From an uncultured Christensenella sp. (GTDB taxonomy: Bacteria > Bacillota > Clostridia > Christensenellales > CAG-917), in the NCBI GenBank assembly GCA_910578325.1, contig CAJTQT010000002.1, positions 10,498 through 74,497 of the forward strand: a stretch of 64,000 nt of DNA, given 5' to 3'. This document shows, piece after piece, positions 49,872 through 58,201 of this stretch. The notes under the pieces were generated by a model. It searched no databases and had not been told where the DNA came from. It worked only from the letters and a program-made list of their open reading frames with translations. The position numbers and the translations under genes are program-made. Within the stretch, counting starts at the first letter, position 1. Each line of letters opens with the position of its first letter.

Positions 49872-51104
49872 ATGAATAAAGCGATTTTATATAAAGCGCT
49901 GAAAAGTATCTTCTTCCTCGCGGGCTTCCCGCTTCTGATAATACTTATGATTATCACGATGGCGCCGATGTTCGGCACCGAGGTTTTAGGAAATCACGCG
50001 CAAAATTGGATTATCGCATTTACGGTAATCTGGGTAGTATTGCTCATAATCCACTTCCTCCTTGAAAAATTCATAGGAGAAAAGAGTGAGGCTCACCACA
50101 AGGTGGTCCTTGTGGTGATGTCCGCACTCTCCATTCTGTGCATACTGCTTCCGTCCGCTATCTTCGACGCGGTGACGCGTCCCAAATACGAAGCGGCTCA
50201 AAAGCAGTTGGTGGGAGAGGTTGACATTAAGAACTACGACGCCGTCGCAGGGTGGCACAGAGATTTCACCAAACGCTATGACAGCGACGTTTACGTTCTT
50301 ATAAACGAAAATTACGATTTTATCAAACAGTACGGAATGGAACACACCTATTCCGAATGGTACGACAACGCCGATAAAGAGCATAATCTCGGATATAAGT
50401 ACGGCTCTTTCGAAAAAGCGAAAGTGCTGACCGAGCAGAAACTCGAAGCGTTGAGAAACCTTGAAGCGGCGAAAGCGGAACTTGCAGAAATCGAAGCCGA
50501 AATCGACGTCAAACTTCAATCGAGCAAAGCGGCTGACGAAGCCCTTGCTCAAAACCCGAACGACGAGGCTCTCGTAAAAGCGGCGGAAGAAGCCCGCAAG
50601 GCATACGACGATATTCTCGCAGAAAAGGAAGAGGACCTTGTCAGACTTAAAGGTTCACGCGTAGACATAACCGAATATAAGGGCGAAATCGTCGATATTC
50701 TGCTTGCTGCGATAAAGGACAAAGACCTTCTTCCCGACGGATTGACGCTCAATCTTTTGGGTATAGACATTCCCGTTGGCGACCTTCTCGACCTCGTGAT
50801 GCAATATGCTGGCGGATTCCTCAATGCTGAAACCATCAACGGACTTATTCCCGACGTGATTTACACGGGTATGGGCCCCCAGACCGTGTCGACTTATCAG
50901 AAAGCGGTTGACGGTTCGGACAGCGATTTGTCGCTTGCGGACGCTCAGAAACTCAATTTCAAGTACACATACTATCCTTCGGTACTTGCCGGCGGCGCAA
51001 TGAAATACGTCTGCTACGTATGCGTGGGTATAGTGGTTCTGAGCCTGTTCCTCACAGATTACTTTGCTAAGAAACAGAAAGAGGAGGAAAAGAAAAATGA
51101 CTGA
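49872..51104 (+). CDS. Hypothetical membrane protein with central coiled coil (410 aa)
   Basis: 3-4 N-terminal TM segments, an A/E/K-rich coiled coil (LEALRNLEAAKAELAEIEAEID...), and a C-terminal TM anchor followed by KKQKEEEKK. Confidence 0.75.
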   Translation: MNKAILYKALKSIFFLAGFPLLIILMIITMAPMFGTEVLGNHAQNWIIAFTVIWVVLLIIHFLLEKFIGEKSEAHHKVVLVVMSALSILCILLPSAIFDAVTRPKYEAAQKQLVGEVDIKNYDAVAGWHRDFTKRYDSDVYVLINENYDFIKQYGMEHTYSEWYDNADKEHNLGYKYGSFEKAKVLTEQKLEALRNLEAAKAELAEIEAEIDVKLQSSKAADEALAQNPNDEALVKAAEEARKAYDDILAEKEEDLVRLKGSRVDITEYKGEIVDILLAAIKDKDLLPDGLTLNLLGIDIPVGDLLDLVMQYAGGFLNAETINGLIPDVIYTGMGPQTVSTYQKAVDGSDSDLSLADAQKLNFKYTYYPSVLAGGAMKYVCYVCVGIVVLSLFLTDYFAKKQKEEEKKND

Positions 51105-52218
51105 GAAAAAATGGCTTTATCCTTTGATCAACATCCTTCTCTATGCGGTTGGCTTCCCGATTATGTTCATCGTGGCTCTTGTCGAGTCTCTGAAATGGAA
51201 CAGTTACGGGATGTACGGAGCGTCCTCATTCGCGCCTTTGATTGCGGTTATCATAATCGCGGTTATCGTGCTCGGCGTACAGGCTCTTGTGTACAATCTT
51301 TGCAAGAAGAAATGCAAAACAGGCAAATCGCTTATGCTCAAAATGGCGTGCATTCCTCTTGCGGTCATCGTAGGTCTGTTCGGAATACTTGATATAGCAA
51401 TGCCTCCGCTTCTCAAATCCGCAACGTCGAATACCATACTTTACGAAGACGTGGTGTACGATTATCAGGGTATGCACGAGCAGATTTACGCCAGAGTAGA
51501 GGCGTTTAAAGCGAAGAACGGTCTGGATGAATCCGTCAAATATACCGACGAAGAATTCCAGAGAATTTTCAAGCCCATTTACAAGAGTATGAACGACGCA
51601 TACAAGTCTTTCGATCCTCTTGCCATTGAAATCGCGCTTGACAAACCCGATATGTTGCAGGCTATTTCCAACGGCGATTTCCCGATTGAACTTGCCGCGA
51701 CTCTGTTGCTTAAAACGTCCGGAAAGCCCAACGAGAGCGATCACAATCTGACTGTAAATCAAATTCTTTCTATGAACCTGCTTAAAATAGTCAACGTTGT
51801 GCTCGACGCAGTAAACAACGGCCTCGATTTCAGCGATACCGCAAAACTCAACGAAATAGTAAACTCAATTCTTGTTTACAAAGAGTTTGACGGCATCAGA
51901 TGGAACATATTCAATATTCTCGGAAACAATATGCTTTTCCCCGACGTTGACCCCAACGCGGAAATAGTGCAGTACGTTTACAACGAATGGGGCGATATCG
52001 AGAGCGAAGAAGTCATCGGCGCGGCTCTGGGCTATCAGGATATGGCGTGGCTTGACGGCATTCCGATGATGTTCTTTATCCCGCTTATGTCGATGAGAGT
52101 AGTATTCTACGTGTTCGCAGCATTGCTTACGCTGTTCGCGGTTGCGCAATACTTCGTATCGGAAGCATACGCAAACAAATTCTCCAAGACTTTCTCTTAT
52201 ATAATGCTTAAACACTGA
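51097..52218 (+). CDS. Hypothetical membrane protein (373 aa), paralog-like of the preceding gene
   Basis: ORF track 51064..52218. Start moved to ATG 51097 (8-nt overlap with the upstream stop). Same topology as the upstream gene. Shares an N-terminal L-x-[AV]-GFP-[LI] motif (LLYAVGFPIMF vs FFLAGFPLLI). Confidence 0.75.
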   Translation: MTEKKWLYPLINILLYAVGFPIMFIVALVESLKWNSYGMYGASSFAPLIAVIIIAVIVLGVQALVYNLCKKKCKTGKSLMLKMACIPLAVIVGLFGILDIAMPPLLKSATSNTILYEDVVYDYQGMHEQIYARVEAFKAKNGLDESVKYTDEEFQRIFKPIYKSMNDAYKSFDPLAIEIALDKPDMLQAISNGDFPIELAATLLLKTSGKPNESDHNLTVNQILSMNLLKIVNVVLDAVNNGLDFSDTAKLNEIVNSILVYKEFDGIRWNIFNILGNNMLFPDVDPNAEIVQYVYNEWGDIESEEVIGAALGYQDMAWLDGIPMMFFIPLMSMRVVFYVFAALLTLFAVAQYFVSEAYANKFSKTFSYIMLKH

Positions 52219-52242
52219 CGTGTTTGAGAATCTCCCGAGAAG

Positions 52243-52268
52243 AGCGCTTACTATATAAGCGCTTTTTT
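52243..52268 (+). terminator. Terminator of the lipoprotein-membrane protein operon
   Basis: AGCGCTTA-CTATA-TAAGCGCT followed by TTTTT. Confidence 0.75.
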
Positions 52269-52319
52269 CGTATAAAAATGTGTGTATCAAAACCGTGAAT
52301 TTAACAAAAATTTGTTCAT

Positions 52320-52490
52320 CTATTAAACATTTAGATGTATTTTCCACGCATAAAATCCGTGAAATCTTACGCGCAATCACCTTTATGCATTATTTTGATA
52401 TGTATTTACGAATGGATTAGTCTGTGACGGTTGATTTTTTTTAATAAAGAAACTATAATTTATATTAAAATACATCTAAATGTTTAATAG
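52320..52490. promoter_or_regulatory. Candidate invertible promoter segment (perfect 24-bp inverted repeats flanking 123 bp)
   Basis: CTATTAAACATTTAGATGTATTTT at 52320-52343 and its exact reverse complement at 52467-52490. An internal promoter faces the LRR gene. Confidence 0.5.
52431..52459 (+). promoter_or_regulatory. Promoter inside the IR-flanked segment, oriented toward the LRR gene
   Basis: TTGATT (52431-52436) - 17 nt - TATAAT (52454-52459). Confidence 0.55.
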
Positions 52491-52526
52491 GTGTATTTTC
52501 GCGTTTAATATCAGAGGTGGGTTATA

Positions 52527-55500
52527 ATGAAGAGAAAATCATTTGCAATTTTGATTTCGGTTATTTTGTGCATAAGTCTTTGCCTGTTTGTGCTTGTTGC
52601 CTGCGACGAGCAGAACGGCACCGAGGCTCACGAGCACAGTTTTGCAAAGTGGTCTTATGACGATTACGAGCACTGGCGCGAGTGCAATGCGGCAAACTGT
52701 CCGTCGCCCGAGAATGACAGAGGCGCGCACGAGTTTGACGCAAACGGCAAATGCTTCTGCGGTTTTGTACGGGCAGGACAGGAAGAAGAGCATATCCACG
52801 AGTTGAACCATTTTGATGCCGTGGAAGTAAACTGTGAGCGCGACGGCAATATCGAATACTGGCTTTGCAAAAAATGCGGGCTGTATTTTTCGGACGCCGA
52901 AGCGAAAATAACTGTGAATGCCTCCGACGTATTTACTTATTCTGAAGGACACGATATGAACTACCGCGGTAGGAAAGACGCGACCTGTACGGAAGTCGGT
53001 TGGAATGATTACGAATTCTGCACCCGCTGCGACTATTCCACGTATAAAGAAATTCCTGCTCTCGACCACGATATAATACATTTTGACACCAAAAAGCCGA
53101 CTTGTACCGAAGACGGTTGGGATGCGTATGAAATGTGCACGAGATGCGACTATAACACGCTTACAAACTATTATCCGTCAGACGGGCACGCTTTGATTCC
53201 GCACGACGGCAAAGACGCTACGTGCACCGAGTCGGGATGGCTATATTACGAGACTTGTGAGAAGTGCGATTATAATACTTATCAGGAACTGTATCCTCTT
53301 CAACACGATTTGAGTTTTTATTCGAGAAAGGACCCAACCTGTACGGAAGACGGTTGGTTTGATTATGAAATTTGCACCCGTCCCGATTGCGGATATAGCA
53401 CTTATGCCGTGTTGGAAAAGTTGGGACATATTCTGTATCAACATGGTGGACGTCCTGTATCCTGTGAGTTGGACGGTTGGGAGCCGTATGAGGAATGCAT
53501 TCGCGAAGAATGCGGGTATTCTACTTTTGAAAATATACCCGCGATAGGACATAACGTTGTTACGGATTTTGCCGTAGAGCCTACCTGTGCGGCGGAGGGC
53601 AAGACGGAGGGTTCACATTGCGAAAATTGCGGTCTTGTTTATACGCCGCAGTACAGCATTCCAAAACTTCCGCACGTAAGCGGAAACTGGACTATGACGG
53701 GAACAACGCACTCGGGCGAGTGCACCGTCTGTCATATGGAAGTCAAAGGACCGCACGACTGGAGTTATAATATCTGTACCGAGTGCGAGTATACGGGATA
53801 TGAAGAGGGCGATACCCGCGGACTTAATATGTCCGTACACTCTGAAAACGGAGTGCAGGTAGGATACGCAGTGTACGGTTTGGGTACTGCTACGGACACC
53901 GATATCAGAATTCCGTCAACGTACAACGGATTGCCGGTAAGTTATATTTACATACTGAGTCAAAGTCTCAATACGAGTATAACAAGCGTGTATGTTCCCG
54001 ACAGTGTTGTGGGTATGGAAGACGGTGCGTTTTCAAGATGCAGGTCGCTCAAAGAAGTTCGGTTGTCGGAAAATATAACCGAAATTTCCGATCGGGCTTT
54101 TAACTTGTGTGGGAATCTCGAAAGTATAAATATTCCGTTCGGAGTGAAAAGCATAGGGGAGCGCGCCTTCTTTGAGTGTCGCGCTTTGAAGAATATCGTA
54201 ATACCCGACGGTGTGAAGAGTATAGGGGAGCGCGCATTCTATCTGTGCAGTTCGTTGACGGAAATCATTTTACCCGAAAGCGTAACGCAGGTCGGACAAG
54301 GGGCGTTTGCAAGTTGTACAAACGTCACCGATGTTTCTATACCGAGCACTTTGTACGATATCGGAGCGGAGGTTTTCAAAGATTGCAGTAAAATAAACTA
54401 TAACACAGACGAATACGGCTTATTGAATTATCTTGGAAATGAAGATAATCCCTATCATCTGCTTATAGGTGCGAAAAAAGATATAAACGCAACTTCTCTT
54501 GCGGTGAATAATCTGACAAAAGTTATTTCCGATTACCCGTTTATATCGTGTACTGAAACGCTGACGTCGTTAACGCTCGGAAACGTGTGCAGAATAAACG
54601 AAGGTCTGATTGCAGATTGTACCAAAATTACGAGCATAACTATTCCGGATACTGTGGAAAAAATCGGTCATTCCGCTTTCAAGGGATGCAGTTCGCTGAC
54701 TGAAATCAATCTTCCCGACAGTATTACGGAAATTTCGCATTCGATGTTTATGGGATGCAGTTCGCTGACGGAAATAATTATTCCCGACAGCATTTCGGAC
54801 ATTCCGTATTTGATGCTTATGGGATGCAGTTCGCTCGCTTCCGTCACGTTGCCGAGTATGTGTACAACCATTTCATATTCAGCATTCGAAGAATGCGTTT
54901 CGTTAAACTCGGTTTATATTCCCGATACGGTCGAATTTATAGATTACAGAGCGTTTTACGGCTGTACCGCGCTGACAAGTATAACAATAAATTCAAGAGT
55001 GACGAAAATTTCGCATTCCACTTTTTCAAATTGTGCCGAACTTTCGGAAGTTACGATTCTGGGCAGTATAACGGAAATCGGAGCAAGTGCATTCGTAGGC
55101 TGTTTAAAACTTGAAAATTTTGAGTTCCCCGAAAGCGTTTCAAAGATCGGGGATTCCGCATTTTACGGTTGTTCTGCATTGAACAGTATAAGACTGCCTG
55201 AAAACTTAACGAATATAGGCAGTGCTGCTTTTAGAAATTGCGCTGCCTTGACAAGCATCAGATTGCCTGATAGCGTAATCAGTGTAGGCGATCAAGCCTT
55301 TGAGAATTGTAAATCCATTGAAGAAATGATTCTTTCAAGCAATTTGGAAGGCATACCTTCGAATTTTATGTACAACTGTACTGCACTCAAAAGCATTGTT
55401 ATTCCTGATTCTGTAACGTACATCGGTTCCGGTGCTTTTGTAAACTGTTCGCTGATTACGGAAGTTATAATCCCCGACAACGTCGTGAGTATAGCGTCCG

Positions 55501-57185
55501 GTAGAGGCAGCGGCACATTCGAAAACTGCACGGGAATAGTGAATCTTGTAATAGGCAATAACGTAGAACATATAGGTGATAATAGTTTTTACAATTGTAC
55601 GGGGCTCACATCTGTAACGTTGCCGAATACGCTGATAACTCTCGGCGGAAGTGTATTTAGAGGATGTGCAAACATATCTGAAATAACTTTCGGCGACCGC
55701 TTGCAGGAAATCGGCGCTCAAGCGTTTGACGGTTGTTCGTCTTTGACTTCCTTATACATTCCGGACGGTGTAAGCAATATCGGCTGGGGCGCATTCCGTA
55801 ACTGCGAAAATGTAACGGAAATGCATTTCCCTGCCAACTTGCAACAGGTCAGCGCTTATATGTGTTACAATATGAAAAAGTTGACCGATGTCGAAATACA
55901 TTACGGCGCAACGTCTATAGGCAACAACGCGTTTGACGGTTGCTCTTCGATAAAAACGCTCTCTATACCGGAAACTGTTACGTCAGTGGGAGACGAAGCA
56001 TTTAGATACTGTATGTATGTCGAGATTGCGACGATTCCCGCAGCCGCGTTTTATGAATTATTTAGGGGGTGGAGGATTAGTCCGTCCTCTGTGCCTATCA
56101 ATTCTTGCAATACCGTAACCGATTTAACTATTGCGGGCGGGGGAGATATTCCCGACAGTTCAAGCGGTGGGTTTGATGTATTGAAAAACCTTGTTATAAG
56201 AAACGTCGATAGGATCGGAAACCGCGCGTTTTCTAACTCCAAAGCGATTGAAAACGTCACGTTTGAAAACATAAAAGAAATCGGAGAGAGCACCTTCGAG
56301 GGATGCGGCTCTATGCTTAGTGCGGTGCTTCCGCAGGGATTGCAGAAAATAGGCGACTTTGCGTTTAAGGGATGCGGATTTATCACCGAATTTTACATCC
56401 CCGGAAGCGTAGAGGAAATAGGAAAGGGCGTGCTTACGGAATATTCCGGTTATTATATAGAAGGAGACGGAGGGGAAATTCTTCCGGTAATTAAACCGTT
56501 AAATCTGACGGTCGACAGCGAAAATCCGAGATACTACGGCAATAACTTTATAGTAGACAGTTATACTAAAACCTTGATATTCAGTTATCAGGGAAATTGG
56601 GAAGGAGATATCGAAACTATCGGAGAGTATGCTTGCGTGAAAGGATTTAATAATATTCCGGAAACTGTAAAGTATATAGAAAATTATGCGTTTTACGGCT
56701 GTCGCATAAAAGATTTGATAATACCCGATAACGTAGTCAGCATAGGCGATTACGCATTTAGTGCTGACCTTGATGACTTTGGCAAAGGTATAGGTAGCAT
56801 CAAATATATATCTAAAAATTTAACTCATTTAGGAATGGGAGCGTTTGTGGGCTGTAATGCAGGGGAATTTGAAATCTGGGACGATAATATCGTGTTGCCT
56901 GAGGGCATTACGGAAATTAGTATGATGGCGTTTGCGCGTAGCGGTTTGAAATCTATAACGCTACATTCCGGTTTGCAAAGTATAAAAATGGAAGCATTTT
57001 TCCATTGTCAGGATCTGGAAGATATTTATTATGAAGGAACCAAAGAGCAATGGAATCTTATTCCGAAAGACGCTGGATGGAATGGACATATTCCCCATAT
57101 AATAAATGGCGACGATACACGAGTTCTTCATTTTACCGTGCATTGTACCGACGGGGATTTGGATAAGGACGGCAACGAAATTTAA
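52527..57185 (+). CDS. Giant surface lipoprotein: Cys/His-rich tandem repeats plus BspA-type leucine-rich repeats (1552 aa)
   Basis: Lipobox LVAC. Aa ~88-383 hold ~7 Cys/His repeats. From aa ~440 onward there are dozens of ~23-aa units matching I-IP-SVT-IG--AF--C--L--I (BspA/LRR_5 type). Confidence 0.9.
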   Translation: MKRKSFAILISVILCISLCLFVLVACDEQNGTEAHEHSFAKWSYDDYEHWRECNAANCPSPENDRGAHEFDANGKCFCGFVRAGQEEEHIHELNHFDAVEVNCERDGNIEYWLCKKCGLYFSDAEAKITVNASDVFTYSEGHDMNYRGRKDATCTEVGWNDYEFCTRCDYSTYKEIPALDHDIIHFDTKKPTCTEDGWDAYEMCTRCDYNTLTNYYPSDGHALIPHDGKDATCTESGWLYYETCEKCDYNTYQELYPLQHDLSFYSRKDPTCTEDGWFDYEICTRPDCGYSTYAVLEKLGHILYQHGGRPVSCELDGWEPYEECIREECGYSTFENIPAIGHNVVTDFAVEPTCAAEGKTEGSHCENCGLVYTPQYSIPKLPHVSGNWTMTGTTHSGECTVCHMEVKGPHDWSYNICTECEYTGYEEGDTRGLNMSVHSENGVQVGYAVYGLGTATDTDIRIPSTYNGLPVSYIYILSQSLNTSITSVYVPDSVVGMEDGAFSRCRSLKEVRLSENITEISDRAFNLCGNLESINIPFGVKSIGERAFFECRALKNIVIPDGVKSIGERAFYLCSSLTEIILPESVTQVGQGAFASCTNVTDVSIPSTLYDIGAEVFKDCSKINYNTDEYGLLNYLGNEDNPYHLLIGAKKDINATSLAVNNLTKVISDYPFISCTETLTSLTLGNVCRINEGLIADCTKITSITIPDTVEKIGHSAFKGCSSLTEINLPDSITEISHSMFMGCSSLTEIIIPDSISDIPYLMLMGCSSLASVTLPSMCTTISYSAFEECVSLNSVYIPDTVEFIDYRAFYGCTALTSITINSRVTKISHSTFSNCAELSEVTILGSITEIGASAFVGCLKLENFEFPESVSKIGDSAFYGCSALNSIRLPENLTNIGSAAFRNCAALTSIRLPDSVISVGDQAFENCKSIEEMILSSNLEGIPSNFMYNCTALKSIVIPDSVTYIGSGAFVNCSLITEVIIPDNVVSIASGRGSGTFENCTGIVNLVIGNNVEHIGDNSFYNCTGLTSVTLPNTLITLGGSVFRGCANISEITFGDRLQEIGAQAFDGCSSLTSLYIPDGVSNIGWGAFRNCENVTEMHFPANLQQVSAYMCYNMKKLTDVEIHYGATSIGNNAFDGCSSIKTLSIPETVTSVGDEAFRYCMYVEIATIPAAAFYELFRGWRISPSSVPINSCNTVTDLTIAGGGDIPDSSSGGFDVLKNLVIRNVDRIGNRAFSNSKAIENVTFENIKEIGESTFEGCGSMLSAVLPQGLQKIGDFAFKGCGFITEFYIPGSVEEIGKGVLTEYSGYYIEGDGGEILPVIKPLNLTVDSENPRYYGNNFIVDSYTKTLIFSYQGNWEGDIETIGEYACVKGFNNIPETVKYIENYAFYGCRIKDLIIPDNVVSIGDYAFSADLDDFGKGIGSIKYISKNLTHLGMGAFVGCNAGEFEIWDDNIVLPEGITEISMMAFARSGLKSITLHSGLQSIKMEAFFHCQDLEDIYYEGTKEQWNLIPKDAGWNGHIPHIINGDDTRVLHFTVHCTDGDLDKDGNEI
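52788..53675 (+). repeat. About seven tandem ~40-aa Cys/His repeats (coding)
   Basis: Units such as GHDMNYRGRKDATCTEVGWNDYEFCTRCDYSTYKEIPAL, DHDIIHFDTKKPTCTEDGWDAYEMCTRCDYNTLTNYYPSD, and GHALIPHDGKDATCTESGWLYYETCEKCDYNTYQELYPL. Pattern: H-x(8-10)-C-x(4)-W-x(2)-Y-E-x-C-x(2)-C-x-Y. Confidence 0.85.
54660..54870 (+). repeat. Near-identical 69-bp tandem DNA repeats within the LRR region
   Basis: GGGATGCAGTTCGCT starts at 54683, 54752 and 54821, an exact 69-nt period equal to one 23-aa LRR unit. Confidence 0.8.
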
Positions 57186-57224
57186 ACGTCTGTTGTCTTA
57201 TAAACGCATAGATAATCAAGAGTT

Positions 57225-57260
57225 ATGAAATCCGCCGATTTTAGGCGGATTTCATATTAT
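57225..57260 (+). terminator. Terminator of the LRR gene
   Basis: 12-bp stem ATGAAATCCGCC / GGCGGATTTCAT followed by an AT-rich tail. Confidence 0.7.
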
Positions 57261-57328
57261 ATTCGGAAACAGTATGATTTTTTATAAAACATATTGATTT
57301 ACCGCGTATTATTTCTTATAATTTCACT

Positions 57329-58003
57329 ATGGAAAATATTAAAGTTGTTGAAATCAAAGAGGATATCGCATCCCGAAATAACGAACAGGCTCAGTCTATA
57401 AAGGACGAACTTAAAAGAAAGAAAGTGTTTTTCCTCAACGTTATGTCCTCGCCGGGGAGCGGCAAGACGACGCTTATAGTAAATCTTGTCAACCGACTGA
57501 AAAACGATTATAGAATAGGCGTAATAGAGGCTGATATAGATTCTGACGTCGACGCGCATACCGTTGCGGAAAAAACAGGCGTGAAAACCGTGCAGATACA
57601 CACTGCGGGAGCGTGTCATCTTACCTGTCAGATGGCAAACGAATCGCTTTCGGCTCTCGGAATAGACGGACTCGATTTCGTCATACTCGAAAATATCGGC
57701 AACCTTGTCTGTCCTGCGGAGTTCGATACGGGAGCAAGCGCGAATCTGGTCATACTGTCTGTGCCCGAAGGCGATGACAAACCGCTCAAATATCCGTTGA
57801 TGTTTGAGGTTGCGACGGCTGTCGCGATTACGAAGACCGACGTTTTGCCTATATTCGATTTTTCGTTTGAGAATATTGAAAATAACTTGCGCATACGCAA
57901 TCCGCACGCGCCGATATTCTATACTTCGGCATTGAAAGACGATGGTATTGACGCGCTCGAAACGTATTTGCGAGGCGAAATCGCAAAAGCGATAAAAGAC
58001 TGA
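57329..58003 (+). CDS. hypB: Hydrogenase/nickel-enzyme maturation GTPase HypB (copy 1)
   Basis: P-loop SSPGSGKTTL, metal-site GACHL, ENIGNLVCPAEFD, and the TKTD (NKxD-like) motif. No N-terminal His-rich tract. Confidence 0.85.
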   Translation: MENIKVVEIKEDIASRNNEQAQSIKDELKRKKVFFLNVMSSPGSGKTTLIVNLVNRLKNDYRIGVIEADIDSDVDAHTVAEKTGVKTVQIHTAGACHLTCQMANESLSALGIDGLDFVILENIGNLVCPAEFDTGASANLVILSVPEGDDKPLKYPLMFEVATAVAITKTDVLPIFDFSFENIENNLRIRNPHAPIFYTSALKDDGIDALETYLRGEIAKAIKD

Positions 58004-58015
58004 ATCCGCCGTTTT

Positions 58016-58048
58016 GCAAACCGCCGAACCGTCGGTTTGCGCGTTATT
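58016..58048 (+). terminator. Possible terminator after hypB copy 1
   Basis: GCAAACCG / CGGTTTGC stem, followed by a weak T tract. Confidence 0.4.
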
Positions 58049-58201
58049 TGAGGATAATCGCGGAAAATTATTATGAAAAACTGCTATTTTGCAAAAAAAC
58101 AGTCAAAATTCGCGGTCATTTTTGCAATAGGCATTTACATTTAATTAAACGAGTTGTAAAATAAAACCATAAAAATATAATTTTCCAAGAGGAGGAAGAA
58201 T

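Noticed and set aside
57205-57245. Possible att-like echo of the tRNA-Ser 3' end at the far side of the accessory region. TCAAGAGTT...TCCGCC appears here, versus TCAAGAGTTCGAATCTC...TCCGCCA in the tRNA.
   Set aside because: Only 9 contiguous identical nucleotides, which is expected by chance in 64 kb. The sequence is also part of the LRR gene terminator hairpin. This is not enough to call an island boundary.
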